64,000 nucleotides of DNA, taken from assembly GCA_963846575.1 (NCBI GenBank), contig CAWJWJ010000002.1, positions 1,472,001-1,536,000 of the forward strand. The letters run 5' to 3'. Position 1 is the stretch's first letter. Every line of letters begins with the position of its first letter. The notes under the pieces were generated by a model. It was not told the origin of the DNA. It was given only the letters and a program-made list of their open reading frames with translations, and made no database searches. Source of the stretch: an uncultured Nitrospiraceae bacterium (GTDB lineage: Bacteria > Nitrospirota > Nitrospiria > Nitrospirales > Nitrospiraceae). The translations under genes were made by a program, and so were the position numbers. Positions 51,179 to 62,620 of the stretch are shown here, in pieces.

Positions 51179-51811
51179 ATGCCCCTGAAGATCAAGATTT
51201 GCGGCCTGACGAATGCCGAGGATGCTGCGGCGGCGGTCGAAGCCGGCGCAGATGCGGTCGGGTTTGTTTTTCACCGGAAGAGCCCTCGTTGCGCGGACGC
51301 GGCGGTCGTGCGGGCCATCGTGCGGGCCCTGCCACCATTTGTGTTACCGGTGGGGGTTTTTGTCAACGAAGAGGCGACGGTGGTCCGGGACGTGATGGAC
51401 CGGTGCGGTCTGGCACTGGCGCAACTCCATGGCGATGAAACCGCGGAGTATTGTGAGGCGCTGTGCCGGCCGGCACTGAAAGCCATTCGCCTTAAAGATC
51501 GCCTCTCCTTTCTGGCATTGGCGGAGTTTCAAGGCCGGGCCGGCGTCCGGGGTTTTCTGCTGGATGCGTTTTCCCCCGATGCCTATGGAGGCACGGGGCA
51601 GACTGCCGATTGGTCGCTTGCTGCAGAGGCGGCCGCGTCCGCCACGATCCTATTGGCTGGCGGTCTCACCCCGGAGAACGTGAGACAAGCCATCACCAAG
51701 GTGCGCCCCTATGGCGTGGATGTGAGCAGCGGGGTCGAGGCAAGCCCCGGCAAGAAGAATCATGAGAAAGTCCGAGCCTTCGTAGAGGCGGTCAGACTTG
51801 TGTCATCATAG
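51179..51811 (+). CDS. trpF: Phosphoribosylanthranilate isomerase
   Basis: KICGLT, QLHGDE, GGTG...DW, LAGGL, DVSSGVE. Confidence 0.95.
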   Translation: MPLKIKICGLTNAEDAAAAVEAGADAVGFVFHRKSPRCADAAVVRAIVRALPPFVLPVGVFVNEEATVVRDVMDRCGLALAQLHGDETAEYCEALCRPALKAIRLKDRLSFLALAEFQGRAGVRGFLLDAFSPDAYGGTGQTADWSLAAEAAASATILLAGGLTPENVRQAITKVRPYGVDVSSGVEASPGKKNHEKVRAFVEAVRLVSS

Positions 51812-51857
51812 TTCAGCGTTTATACTTTCTTTTTTTATGAACAGCTGAGGAACTGAT

Positions 51858-53048
51858 ATGGCGATACCAGATCGACAGGGACGATTCGGATCCTACGGGG
51901 GACGCTATGTGCCTGAGACTCTCATGCCGGCTTTGCTGGAATTGGAACAAGTCTATCAAAAGACCCGCCGTGACAAGGGTTTCCAGGATGAACTCAAGCA
52001 TTACTTGAAGAACTATGTCGGGCGCCCGACTCCGCTTTATTTTGCGCAGCGTCTGACGAAGCGCCTGGGCGGCGCCAAGATTTACTTGAAGCGCGAAGAT
52101 CTCTGTCACACCGGCGCTCATAAGATCAACAATGCCATCGGGCAGGCGCTCCTCGCAAAACGGATGAAGAAGCCTCGACTCATCGCTGAAACCGGCGCGG
52201 GTCAGCATGGCGTCGCGACCGCAACCGTGGCGGCGATGTTCGGCCTCGAATGCGAGATCTACATGGGTACCGAAGACATGCAGCGGCAGGCATTGAATGT
52301 CTTCCGGATGCGCCTTCTTGGAGCGACGGTCACGGGCGTAGATGCCGGCAGCCGTACCCTCAAAGACGCAATCAGTGAGGCGATGCGTGACTGGACCACC
52401 AACGTGCGGACCACCCACTACGTGTTGGGATCCGTGCTTGGCGCGCATCCCTACCCGATGATGATCCGGGATTTTCAATCGGTGATCGGGCGCGAAGCCC
52501 GCAAGCAGATACTGGCCGCGGAAGGACGCCTTCCCGATGCTCTGGTCGCCTGCGTCGGCGGAGGGAGTAATGCGATCGGGCTGTTTCACGCATTTGTACC
52601 CGACAAGAAGGTGAAGATGGTCGGGGTAGAGGCGGGAGGACTCGGCATCGAGAGCGGAAAACATGCCGCCCGATTCGCGGGGGGCCGGCCTGGCGTCCTC
52701 CAAGGCACCATGACCTACCTGCTCCAGGATGACAACGGTCAGGTGAACCTGACCCATTCGGTTTCCGCAGGGCTGGATTATGCGGCGGTCGGGCCCGAAC
52801 ACAGCTACCATAAGGAGACGAACCGTGCCCAGTATACGTCGGTGACGGATGATGAGGCCTTAGAAGCCTTCGATCTGCTGGCACGGGAAGAGGGGATCAT
52901 GCCGGCACTGGAAAGTGCTCATGCCGTCGCGGAAGTCATCAGATCCGCTCCAAAGATGAAAAAGAGTCAGACCGTGATCGTCAATCTCTCGGGGCGCGGT
53001 GATAAGGACGTGCAACAGGTGGCCAGGATCAAGGGCGTAACGCTCTAG
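51858..53048 (+). CDS. trpB: Tryptophan synthase beta subunit
   Basis: [25 protein letters not shown]. Confidence 0.97.
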   Translation: MAIPDRQGRFGSYGGRYVPETLMPALLELEQVYQKTRRDKGFQDELKHYLKNYVGRPTPLYFAQRLTKRLGGAKIYLKREDLCHTGAHKINNAIGQALLAKRMKKPRLIAETGAGQHGVATATVAAMFGLECEIYMGTEDMQRQALNVFRMRLLGATVTGVDAGSRTLKDAISEAMRDWTTNVRTTHYVLGSVLGAHPYPMMIRDFQSVIGREARKQILAAEGRLPDALVACVGGGSNAIGLFHAFVPDKKVKMVGVEAGGLGIESGKHAARFAGGRPGVLQGTMTYLLQDDNGQVNLTHSVSAGLDYAAVGPEHSYHKETNRAQYTSVTDDEALEAFDLLAREEGIMPALESAHAVAEVIRSAPKMKKSQTVIVNLSGRGDKDVQQVARIKGVTL

Positions 53049-53116
53049 CGCAGAACCCACGGAATGACCACGATGAACCAGGCCACGAGCGGCATACTGG
53101 AGGAACCGGTAACAAG

Positions 53117-53917
53117 ATGAACCGTTTGGATGACAGGCTGACTCAACTGAAGGCGAAGGGCAAGAAGGCGCTCATTACTTACATCATGGCAGGGGATCCC
53201 TCCCTTCAGGACACGGAACAGCTTGTGCTGGAATTGGAGCGTGCCGGAGCCGACGCCATTGAACTGGGAGTGCCTTTTTCCGACCCGATTGCGGACGGGC
53301 CGGTGATTCAAAAGGCAGCCGAACGTGGTCTCCGAAGCGGCACTTCTCTCCGAATGATCCTGAATTCTGTCCGGCAGCTACGCGGAAAGACGCAGATTCC
53401 CATCGTGTTGATGGCCTATTACAATAGCGTTCGTGCGTTCGGGGAAGCGGAATTTTGTCGGGATGCCGTCGACGCCGGCATCGACGGATTGATCGTTCCC
53501 GATATGCCTCCGGATGAGGCGGGACCTCTGCGCGACCCGGCCAAGCGGGCCGGCCTTCATCTGATTTTCCTGCTGGCCCCCACCAGCACCGCAACCCGGC
53601 GCGCCTATGTGGCGAAGGAGTCCGGAGGATTTGTCTACTACGTTTCCATCACCGGCATTACCGGCGCCAAACTAAGCGACATCACGGGGGTGCGCGATAA
53701 CGTCGACAAAATCAGGCGTCATACGAAGACGCCCGTTGTCGTGGGGTTCGGCGTGGCCACGCCGGAGGACGCCGCTCGGGTGGCTGATGTTGCCGACGGG
53801 GTGATCGTGGGGAGCGCCATCGTGCATCGGATGGCCGCGCACGGACAGGATGGACGACTCATTCAAGAGGTGGGTGCGTTCGTGCGCTCTCTCAAGGCGG
53901 CTATGCAGCCGGTCTAA
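53117..53917 (+). CDS. trpA: Tryptophan synthase alpha subunit
   Basis: ELGVPFSDPIADGPVIQ, GFG, VIVGSA. Confidence 0.97.
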   Translation: MNRLDDRLTQLKAKGKKALITYIMAGDPSLQDTEQLVLELERAGADAIELGVPFSDPIADGPVIQKAAERGLRSGTSLRMILNSVRQLRGKTQIPIVLMAYYNSVRAFGEAEFCRDAVDAGIDGLIVPDMPPDEAGPLRDPAKRAGLHLIFLLAPTSTATRRAYVAKESGGFVYYVSITGITGAKLSDITGVRDNVDKIRRHTKTPVVVGFGVATPEDAARVADVADGVIVGSAIVHRMAAHGQDGRLIQEVGAFVRSLKAAMQPV

Positions 53918-54301
53918 CCTCAACAGGGACTTCGTTCTTCCCTGCTGTTCTTGTCTCGTTTCACCGATATCAGGAGCCTGCCAGCATTCTACTCCGGGCT
54001 CTGTGTCTCTGAAGAAATACGCCCAGGCAGCATTTCCGATTTCCATGCACAACACATCCGGGTGAAGCGCACCGCCCCTGGCCGCGAGGGACGGATTCCG
54101 CTGCGACCCAGTTCGACCCGGGTCTAGCTGTGACTCACAACCATCATGGCTCGAAGAAGACGCGTCTTCGATCTCGCGACGGTGCGTGCGTTGGTTCGTG
54201 CTACAGCGTTCTGAAGGAGATGTCGTTGTGAGTCCCTGTCAGCCCGGGGGGGAGCAGGCACGAATCCGACGGAAAGGAAAGGGTCAGGGAAGCAGGAATG
54301 G

Positions 54302-54907
54302 CTAGCGCTTGTCCGGCGGCATGTACTTGATCATGTCCGAGGCTAATTTCGTGGCCAGATCCCGCATATCCGGACGGATGAAAAGGTAACTTTCCTGCAC
54401 CTGGTGCCGCGCTTTCCAGACGATGGCACCATTCACGGCATCGACCAATCGCATGCTGAGTCCCACGCGGGCTATGTTGTCGCCCTCTTCCCTCGTATAT
54501 TCCCACGCATTCACCTTGACGACCAGGAGTGAGTCCGCTCCCAGCGCGTGGCCGATCCTGACTGCGGAAGCCTTGTCCGATTGACCGGTGGTTTCCATGC
54601 GGGAGAAGTACGTGACCAGGGCATCGAAGGCATCTTTGGTCGTTTGAAAGGTGTCCGTCACCTGGTCCGGCGGGACGACCTTTTCGACCCGTCGGCTCTT
54701 GATCAGTACTTTAGCGACCACTTCTTCAACATCCTCACGAGCGCTGTCATAGTTTCCTGAGATTGGAAGGATGGCCATGGTCTTGGGATAGAATCCCCGC
54801 GCGGCGGGACCCTCCCACATCTCCTGCAGGCCGCCACAGCCGGCCAGCAGTCCAAAAAGTAACAGGCTCACTATGATGCGCTTGAGGGGAATTATGCGAT
54901 AGGTCAT
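54302..54907 (-). CDS. Hypothetical lipoprotein (GNA1162/CsgG-like)
   Basis: LAGC; IG..LGAD; RLVD..NG.IVW. Confidence 0.65.
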   Translation of the reverse strand: MTYRIIPLKRIIVSLLLFGLLAGCGGLQEMWEGPAARGFYPKTMAILPISGNYDSAREDVEEVVAKVLIKSRRVEKVVPPDQVTDTFQTTKDAFDALVTYFSRMETTGQSDKASAVRIGHALGADSLLVVKVNAWEYTREEGDNIARVGLSMRLVDAVNGAIVWKARHQVQESYLFIRPDMRDLATKLASDMIKYMPPDKR

Positions 54908-54954
54908 GTCGTGTAGATGCAGTGTGCCAAAGTCAATCAATGTCGAAAGAATAC

Positions 54955-56097
54955 CTAGAAGGTCAAGGCTATGGACCCGGATGCCAGGGCGGCTTGGTCC
55001 CTGAAATCATACCCGCCTGCGATGTCGATCCGCAAGTCAAGGATGCGTAGGCCGAACCCTGCCGTGGGAATAAAAGGGGTTTTGGCATCCTGCATATTCT
55101 TAAAGGCCCCGAGTCTGAACGAAAGCAGTTCCGAGAGGATGGTCTGCTCGGCGCCGAGACTCAACAGCTGGCTCGACAGGCCGGGAGTGAGTGTATTGTT
55201 CTTCGTGATGTCCACATCCGCAGTCAACGTCAAGGAGTTGTATGGGTTGACGGCGAGGCCGGTTCTTATCTGCGGAAGCAGTTTGAACTTGTCGCCGTTC
55301 GGCGCATCGAATGTGGGCGCGTTGATATCCTTTGCGACAATGCCCATCCGCAGCCAGGAAGAGGGTCTGAACATTGCGCCGACATCGATTCCCAGCGCGG
55401 TGGAAATCTTTGCGCGGCCGAGGTCTTCAAATACTTTCACGTCGTCACTGGCGCCGCGAACATTCGTCACGCCTGTGTAGGCCGCGCCTTGAATGATTTT
55501 GCCCGTCACACCGATAGAGAATATCCGGTCCATAAATGCATAGGCATAGGATAGGGCGGCCTGTCGGGCCTCCAGCCCGTTCATGGCGAACTGGCCGTTC
55601 ACTGTCAGGTTGGTGCCGTTATTCGAAAACCCGACCGGACCGCGAAGGAATCCTCCCCCCGTGGCCACGTCGGAGACATTGAACCCCAGGGCATGTTCAC
55701 CGAAATTACCCTTGACGTAGAAGCCGCCGGAGGCCGCGGCCGTGAGGTTCGTCCCCGGCCGGTTGATCCGGTCGACCAGTTGTTGCAGGCGCGCGACGTT
55801 GCCCGCCGAGGTGTCGTTCAAGTTCAGATTGTTGATGTCTTTAAATGCGTCGAAGAGGTCGCCGCGGTCCACGAACTGACCGCCGCCCTGGAAGCGGATA
55901 TCGAACTTTTTGCTCATGGCCATGCCGGCCGGATTCCAATAGGTCGCGAGTGAGTCGGTGGTGGTCGCCACGCCGGCGCCGCCCATACCCATTTGGCGTG
56001 ACCCCACAAAAACGAATTCCACGGCTGCCGCTTGCAGTGGCAGCAGGAGGGCCAGGATCCCAGCGACGCATCGGACAACGAGTGTCAGCTTCTTCAT
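54955..56097 (-). CDS. TraF_2-like outer-membrane beta-barrel protein
   Basis: Signal peptide; RQMGMGGAGVA..YWNPAG; terminal Phe. Confidence 0.7.
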   Translation of the reverse strand: MKKLTLVVRCVAGILALLLPLQAAAVEFVFVGSRQMGMGGAGVATTTDSLATYWNPAGMAMSKKFDIRFQGGGQFVDRGDLFDAFKDINNLNLNDTSAGNVARLQQLVDRINRPGTNLTAAASGGFYVKGNFGEHALGFNVSDVATGGGFLRGPVGFSNNGTNLTVNGQFAMNGLEARQAALSYAYAFMDRIFSIGVTGKIIQGAAYTGVTNVRGASDDVKVFEDLGRAKISTALGIDVGAMFRPSSWLRMGIVAKDINAPTFDAPNGDKFKLLPQIRTGLAVNPYNSLTLTADVDITKNNTLTPGLSSQLLSLGAEQTILSELLSFRLGAFKNMQDAKTPFIPTAGFGLRILDLRIDIAGGYDFRDQAALASGSIALTF

Positions 56098-56240
56098 CGG
56101 ATGTGCAGAACTCCTCAAACCGGTCGACGAGGCGCAGTGTACGAAAAGATGCCAAAGGCGTCAATAAATCTCAACCAAGGGTGGCGGCGTCCGGGTTCGC
56201 CTGTCCCGGTCAGAATATGGACAATCACTTTCGGGCCCTG

Positions 56241-56909
56241 CTATTGCGAAACAATCATCCCGTCTTGCATGGATACGATCCGGTCGGCGTGGGCTGACAG
56301 CTTGTCATTATGAGTCACGATGACGAAGGTGGTTCCTCGCGAACGGTTCAGTTGGCGAAGGAGGGTAAACAGGGCATCTCCCGTGTGCGTGTCCAGATTG
56401 CCCGTGGGCTCGTCGGCCAGCACGAGATCCGGTTGCTGCATTAACGCGCGGGCGACGGAGACGCGCTGTTGTTCGCCGCCGGAGAGTTCCCCCGGCTTGT
56501 GGTGGAGACGATCGCCCAAGCCGACCTCCCGCAATAGCTTCGTCGCCTCGCCCGAGACATCCGCCAGATCTCGTTGCTGAATCATGGCGGGAAGGCATGC
56601 ATTCTCCAACGCCGTGAATTCCGGAAGCAGATGATGAAACTGGAAGACGAATCCCACTCGTTTATTCCGGAATTCGGCCTGCTGCTGCTCGGTGAGTTGA
56701 AACAGGTCCTGCCCTTCGAACGACACGGTACCCTTCGTCGGACGATCCAACGTGCCGAGAATCTGCAGGAGGGTGCTCTTGCCGGCCCCCGAGGCGCCCA
56801 TGATGGCGATCAACTCGCCGCGCTGAATGCGGAGGTTGATGTTGTTGAGCACCACCAGTTCCCGCCCGCCCATGGGAAATGATTTATAGAGGCCGACGAC
56901 GTCAATCAT
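56241..56909 (-). CDS. lolD: Lipoprotein-releasing ABC transporter ATPase
   Basis: GASGAGKST, FVFQFHHLL, LSGGEQQR, DEPTGNLD. Confidence 0.93.
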   Translation of the reverse strand: MIDVVGLYKSFPMGGRELVVLNNINLRIQRGELIAIMGASGAGKSTLLQILGTLDRPTKGTVSFEGQDLFQLTEQQQAEFRNKRVGFVFQFHHLLPEFTALENACLPAMIQQRDLADVSGEATKLLREVGLGDRLHHKPGELSGGEQQRVSVARALMQQPDLVLADEPTGNLDTHTGDALFTLLRQLNRSRGTTFVIVTHNDKLSAHADRIVSMQDGMIVSQ

Positions 56910-56975
56910 GTTTCAACTGTATCCCGGTAAAGTCGCTTCGCCCATGTCGTTCCTGGCTTTGGGCGCTCGCTGCAG

Positions 56976-58253
56976 TTATTCATAACGCAGGGCAGCGGCG
57001 GGGTCGAGTTTGGCCGCTTGGAGCGATGGATAGAGCGTGGCGACAAAGCTGATCAGAATAGCCGATCCTGCCACGAGCAAGACATCCGAGCCCATCACGT
57101 GCACAGGAATGCGGGAAATGTAATAGACCGTCGGGTCGAACGACCAAAACGTTTGAATCAGCCAGAGGAATGCATAGCCGAGCGGCACGCCGATCGCGGC
57201 CCCGGAGCAGCCGATAATCAAGCCGTTGAGCATAAAAATTCGCATGATGCCTTTACGTGTCGCCCCCATGGCCTTGAGGATTGCGATCTCGCGCTGTTTT
57301 TCCGTCACAATCATCGTGAGCGTACTGACGATATTAAAGGAGGCTACGATGGTGATGAGCACCAGCAGCAGGAACATCATGGTCTTTTCGAGCTTCAGCG
57401 CCGAGAACAGGTTGCGGTTCATCTGCATCCAGTCCCTGGCCCAGAATGAAAACCCGAGACTCTGTTCGATCGTGCGGGCGATTTCGGCCGCGCGGAACAC
57501 ATCAGTCACCTTGACTTCAATCCCCGTGACGCTGGCGCCCATATTAAAAAACTTCTGCGCTTCGCCCAGTTCAATATAGGCGAGCGAGGAGTCGTATTCA
57601 TACATGCCGGACTGAAAGAGACCGACGACCACGAACTGCCGGATCTTGGGCGTCATGCTGGCGCCGGTGATAGGCCCCACCGGCGATACGACATTCAGTG
57701 TATCCCCGGTAAAGACGCCCAGCCGCATCGACAGCTCTTTCCCCAGAATGATACCCGGTCGCATGGCGGCTTCAGGTCCGCCTGGTTCCCGCTCTTTTTC
57801 GGGGATGGTCACCTTGATCGGCCGGGACAAGTCCTCCAGGTTGCCACCCAGGAGATTGTGAGCCAATTCCGTGACGGTGCCTTCGCGCGCCGGATCGATT
57901 CCGCGGAGGATAATGCCCTGCACGCCGGATGAAGAAGTCAGCAGGACCTGGCGAAAGATAAAGGGGGTGGCGGCGACGACATCCGGGACGGCTGCGACCT
58001 TTTTGACCTGGTCTTCGTAATCGACCATCGATTCCTTCATGCGGTCATTTACCAGGATGTGCGCCGTCGTGCCGAGAATCTTGGCCTGAATATCTTCCTT
58101 GAACCCCGTCATGATCCCGACGGTGCCGATCAAGGCGGCGACGCCGAGCGTGATGCCGGCGATCGAGACGATCGTATTGAAGGAGATGGTGCGGTTGCGT
58201 CGCTTGGCGCGTAGATAGCGCAATCCGATAAAAATCTCATAAGGCAGCGCCAT
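56976..58253 (-). CDS. Lipoprotein-releasing ABC transporter permease LolC/E
   Basis: GLRYLRAKR, EKQREIAILKAMG, LDPA.ALRYE. Confidence 0.93.
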   Translation of the reverse strand: MALPYEIFIGLRYLRAKRRNRTISFNTIVSIAGITLGVAALIGTVGIMTGFKEDIQAKILGTTAHILVNDRMKESMVDYEDQVKKVAAVPDVVAATPFIFRQVLLTSSSGVQGIILRGIDPAREGTVTELAHNLLGGNLEDLSRPIKVTIPEKEREPGGPEAAMRPGIILGKELSMRLGVFTGDTLNVVSPVGPITGASMTPKIRQFVVVGLFQSGMYEYDSSLAYIELGEAQKFFNMGASVTGIEVKVTDVFRAAEIARTIEQSLGFSFWARDWMQMNRNLFSALKLEKTMMFLLLVLITIVASFNIVSTLTMIVTEKQREIAILKAMGATRKGIMRIFMLNGLIIGCSGAAIGVPLGYAFLWLIQTFWSFDPTVYYISRIPVHVMGSDVLLVAGSAILISFVATLYPSLQAAKLDPAAALRYE

Positions 58254-58255
58254 GG

Positions 58256-59737
58256 TTACTTTTCCGGCCTGAGTTGCGGGAAAAGAATCACATCACGGAT
58301 GGAGGCTTGATTCGTAAACAGCATCACAAGCCGGTCGATGCCGATGCCTTCACCGGCGGTCGGCGGCATGCCGTATTCGAGTGCCCGCAAAAAGTCTTCG
58401 TCCACCCGGTGAGCCTCTTCATCTCCGGCTTCATGTTGGGCCGCCTGGGCTTCAAAGCGTTCACGCTGGTCGAGGGGATCATTCAACTCGGAAAAGGCGT
58501 TGGCGAGTTCCCGGCCGGCGATGTAGAGCTCGAAGCGATCGGTCAGCGAAGGATCGCTGTCCTTGCGGCGCGCAAGCGGCGAGATCTCAATGGGATAGTC
58601 CGTGATGAACGTCGGCTGTTGCAAACGAGGCTCGACGGTCTCCTCAAAAATGTCATTCAAGATATTCACCAGCGATTCCTTCGGAGAGACATCGACACCG
58701 AGGCGTTGGGCCGCAGCGATGGCTTCGTCCCGGCTCGTAAGGACGGATCGCGGCAGGTTGTTTACTTCCAGAATGGCCTGATGGTAGGACCATCGTTGCC
58801 AGGGCGACGCAAGGTTGATCTGAGCCCCCTGATACTCGATGGTCGTGGTGCCGAGGATGTCATGGGCGAGCCGTCCGAAGAGGGCCTCCGTCAGCCGGAT
58901 CAAATCCTGATAATCGGCATACGCGACGTAGAACTCCAACATGGTGAACTCGGGATTATGAATCGTCGAGATTCCCTCGTTCCGGAAGTTACGATTGATC
59001 TCAAAGACCCGCGGAAAGCCCCCTACGATGAGGCGCTTCAGATACAGTTCCGGTGCGATGCGGAGATACAGATCGGTCGCCAGGGCGTTGTGATGGGTGA
59101 CGAACGGCTTGGCCGCGGCCCCGCCGGGGATCGGATGCATCATCGGCGTTTCCACTTCCAGGAATCCGTGCTCGATCAGAAACGCACGGATGCCGGAGAC
59201 GATGCGGCTGCGTAGCGCGAAAATCTGGTGTACCTGGGGGTTGGCGATCAAATCGACATAGCGCTGCCGATATCGGGTTTCCACGTCGGTGAGCCCATGC
59301 CACTTTTCCGGCAGTGGACGGAGCGCCTTGCTGAGAAACGTGAGGGTTCGCACATCGACCGTAAACTCGTTGGTTTTCGTGCGGAACAGGATGCCGGAGA
59401 CGCCAATCCAATCTCCGATATCCAGATCTTCGGAAATGTGATGAGCCTGTTCCCCGAGCGTGTCTTTCTTCAGGTAGACCTGTAGCCGTTCCGATCCGTC
59501 TTGCAGGACCGCGAATGCCGCTTTGCCGAAGCGGCGCAGACCGACTACTCGCCCGGCGAGGGTGCAGGCGATCTGCTCCTGCTCGAGCGCCTCTTTGGGC
59601 TTATCGCCGTACCGGCGAACCAATTCTCCGGCTCGATCTTTGACCTCAAAACGCGTTCCGTAGGGCTGCACCCCGAGCTGCTTGAGTTGATCGAGTTTTT
59701 TGATGCGTTGTTGTCGTTGGTCGTTGATTTCGTCCAT
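58256..59737 (-). CDS. lysS: Lysine--tRNA ligase
   Basis: YRQRYVDL, YLRIAPELYLKRL, YGMPPTAG.GIGIDR. Confidence 0.98.
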   Translation of the reverse strand: MDEINDQRQQRIKKLDQLKQLGVQPYGTRFEVKDRAGELVRRYGDKPKEALEQEQIACTLAGRVVGLRRFGKAAFAVLQDGSERLQVYLKKDTLGEQAHHISEDLDIGDWIGVSGILFRTKTNEFTVDVRTLTFLSKALRPLPEKWHGLTDVETRYRQRYVDLIANPQVHQIFALRSRIVSGIRAFLIEHGFLEVETPMMHPIPGGAAAKPFVTHHNALATDLYLRIAPELYLKRLIVGGFPRVFEINRNFRNEGISTIHNPEFTMLEFYVAYADYQDLIRLTEALFGRLAHDILGTTTIEYQGAQINLASPWQRWSYHQAILEVNNLPRSVLTSRDEAIAAAQRLGVDVSPKESLVNILNDIFEETVEPRLQQPTFITDYPIEISPLARRKDSDPSLTDRFELYIAGRELANAFSELNDPLDQRERFEAQAAQHEAGDEEAHRVDEDFLRALEYGMPPTAGEGIGIDRLVMLFTNQASIRDVILFPQLRPEK

Positions 59738-59823
59738 CGGTATAGCCGTTTGTCCCTCGTCGATTGTCTCTCAATGGTTCGCGCGCGACGCTTCGCGAAC
59801 CTGACGTTCGTGGCTGGTCTCGG

Positions 59824-60967
59824 TTAGAGGTCGTCGTCTTTTATCACAACCGGTTCGGGAGTCTTGCCGCCGGTCAACTTTTTCTGAAGATACGCCTCGA
59901 TGAAGCCGTCCAACTCGCCGTCCATCACAGCGGAAACCTGGCCGACCTCGTATCCGGTCCGGTGGTCTTTGACCATCTGGTAGGGCTGGAAGACGTAGGA
60001 TCGGATCTGGCTGCCCCAGGCAATATCTTTTTTTTCACCGACGATCGCGTTGAATTCCGCTTCTTTTTTCCGCTGCTCCACCTCGAACAGGCGGGCTTTC
60101 AGGATTTTCATGGCTCCATTACGGTTTTGCAGCTGCGACCGCTCGTTCTGACATTGCACGACGATATTGGTGGGAATGTGAGTGATGCGAATAGCAGTCT
60201 CGACCTTGTTTACGTTCTGACCGCCGGCTCCGCCGGCCCGAAAGGTATCGATTCGTAGATCTTTCTCGTCGATCACGACTTGAACGTCGTCGTCCAGTTC
60301 GGGATAGACGAAAACCGACGCGAAGGAGGTGTGCCGCCGCTTGTTGGCATCGAACGGGGATATACGCACGAGCCGATGCACTCCCGCTTCCGCCTTGAGG
60401 TATCCGTAGGCATAGGGGCCGGTCACGGAGAGGGTCGCGCTCTTGATGCCGGCTTCGTCACCAGCGAGAAGGTCGAGTGTTTCGACCTTGAAGCCCTTTC
60501 GCTCGGCCCACCGTACATACATGCGCAGGAGCATCTGTGCCCAGTCCTGGGACTCCGTTCCTCCGGCGCCGGGGTGGATGGCGAAGATTGCATTACTTGA
60601 ATCCAACTCGCCCGAAAGGAGCAGTTCAATCCGGAACTGGGCCACCGCCTTCTCAAATTGCGCGAGCTCCGCGGTGAGTTCCTGTTCAAGTCCCGCGTCG
60701 CCTGATTCCATCGCCAGATCAAGCAGGGCTTCAATGTCGCTTTGCCGACGCTCGGTCTCGCGCCAACGGCTCAGCTCCCGATCGAGGCTGGCTTTGCGTC
60801 GATTCACCTTGGCGGCGGCCTGTGTATCTTTCCAAAAATCTGGCTGGGCGGTCTTCGCGTCGATATCGTTCAGTTCAGCGGTCATCCGAGCCAGGTCAAA
60901 GATGCCCCCGTAATTGAGCCAACTGCTCTCCGAGAGACCGAACACGGGTAGGGACATCATCCAACAT
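59824..60967 (-). CDS. prfB: Peptide chain release factor 2 with programmed +1 frameshift
   Basis: ATG at 60967 gives MLDD...LRGHL then CTT TGA C (60895-60901) preceded by GGGGG; SPF and GGQ motifs downstream. Confidence 0.96.
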
Positions 60968-60985
60968 GGCACAATCCTTTCTGTA

Positions 60986-62620
60986 TCACGCCGGCCGGCC
61001 GGCCGGCTCGCCACCGGCGGGTTCGGTCGATTGAGAAAAAAAGCCGGTCAGGAATAAAAGCGCGGTGAGTATAGCACAGGCATAGGCAAAGAGATCACCG
61101 TATTGCGCGTAAAAGGTCTGTTGATGGCTGACGGCAATGGTCTCCTTCAGCGCTTCCTGGGTGAAGATCGAAGACCGTTGGGAGATGTGTCCATAGGCAT
61201 CAATAAATCCGGAGATGCCTGTGTTTGCAGCCCGGGCAAAGGCGACGCGATTTTCGACGGCCCGAAACACGACCATACCGAAATGTTGGTAGGGTGCCGA
61301 GGACGGTCCGAACCAGGCATCATTCGTAATGGTGACCATGAAGTCCGCACCGTTGGCGGCAAACTGTCGCACGAGATTGGGGAAAATAACCTCATAGCAG
61401 ATCACTACCCCGAATTTGAGATGGAAGTCCGGAACAGTCGAGGCCGCCGCCATCGGCGGCACCTTCTCGCGCGGCTTGAACATCAGCAACGTGGAGCCAG
61501 GGCCTGCTTCGAAATCGCCGATCCCTTCTACCAGTTTGTCGAGGAAGAACAGCAGGGAGTTGTGGAACGGAATGTATTCGCCGAACGGCACGAGATGTTG
61601 TTTGTCGTAACGGCCAAGGATCTGACCATCTGTGGCCAGTAGATACGCACTATTGAGCAGAAAGGGCCGACCATTGGGATATCGTCGCAAGGCTGGGCTG
61701 CCGAATAATAGCGGAGCGCCGGCTTTCTGGGCCATGTCATTGACCAGGGCCCGGTACTGTGGTTCCATTTCAAAAACAAACGGGGTGGCGGCCTCGGGCC
61801 AAATAATGAGATCGAGATCGTCTCCCAGTCCGGCAGTAAGACGGTCGTATCGTTCCATGGTGTCCTGCCGAAAGGCGACGTCCCATTTCTGGGCCTGTTC
61901 AACGTTCGGCTGTACGACCCCAACGGAGAGGGTACGGGTCGGTGTCTGGTGCGCGGCCGACAAGAGCGTCGTCCCGTAGAGCAAGGCCACGCCGAATCCG
62001 GCGGCAGCGGCGGCGGAGGAGGGCCAGGGGAAGGAACGAATCTGAAATCCGCGATAGGCTTTAATGCTCCAGATGATAGTTTCGGCGAGTGCCGCATTAA
62101 CCAGTACCAGCAAAAACGACACACCGTATACTCCGAAATGGTCGGCTAGTTGAATGATCGGAAGCCATTGATATTGGGAATAGCCGAACAGCGCCCAAGG
62201 CAGGCCGGAGAGAAAATACGTACGGGCTAATTCCAACGTCACCCAGAGAAAGGGGGCGGGTAGAAAGCCTAGCGTCGGAAAAGTCGTTCTGATCCAGGCG
62301 AGCCCGCCGGCATAGATGCCTACATAAAGACCGAGATAGACGGTCAGCAACAACATCACCAAGGCCGCGATGGGGAGTGGGACCTTCCCATAGAGGTGCA
62401 TCGCAGTGATGACCCAAAACATGGAGCCCGTAAACGCAAGGATCCCGGTGAGCCACCCGAAACGGAAAGCACGGCCAGGTGACGCATATTCGACCGCAAT
62501 ATGGAGAGGAACCAGCGCGAACCAGGCGAGTAGACCAAGGTCGAAGGCCGGGAATACCAGGGGATAGAGAAGACCGCTCGCGCAGGCAAGCAGGATGAGG
62601 CGTGCGCGGGAAATGGTCAT
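60986..62620 (-). CDS. lnt: Apolipoprotein N-acyltransferase
   Basis: [34 protein letters not shown]. Confidence 0.96.
   Translation of the reverse strand: MTISRARLILLACASGLLYPLVFPAFDLGLLAWFALVPLHIAVEYASPGRAFRFGWLTGILAFTGSMFWVITAMHLYGKVPLPIAALVMLLLTVYLGLYVGIYAGGLAWIRTTFPTLGFLPAPFLWVTLELARTYFLSGLPWALFGYSQYQWLPIIQLADHFGVYGVSFLLVLVNAALAETIIWSIKAYRGFQIRSFPWPSSAAAAAGFGVALLYGTTLLSAAHQTPTRTLSVGVVQPNVEQAQKWDVAFRQDTMERYDRLTAGLGDDLDLIIWPEAATPFVFEMEPQYRALVNDMAQKAGAPLLFGSPALRRYPNGRPFLLNSAYLLATDGQILGRYDKQHLVPFGEYIPFHNSLLFFLDKLVEGIGDFEAGPGSTLLMFKPREKVPPMAAASTVPDFHLKFGVVICYEVIFPNLVRQFAANGADFMVTITNDAWFGPSSAPYQHFGMVVFRAVENRVAFARAANTGISGFIDAYGHISQRSSIFTQEALKETIAVSHQQTFYAQYGDLFAYACAILTALLFLTGFFSQSTEPAGGEPAGRPA

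Noticed and set aside
53920..54300. Small ORFs between trpA and the lipoprotein gene
   Set aside because: No convincing RBS, motif or composition signal
54955..56097. Conjugative element suggested by TraF-like similarity
   Set aside because: No relaxase, T4SS or integrase; context is core envelope genes
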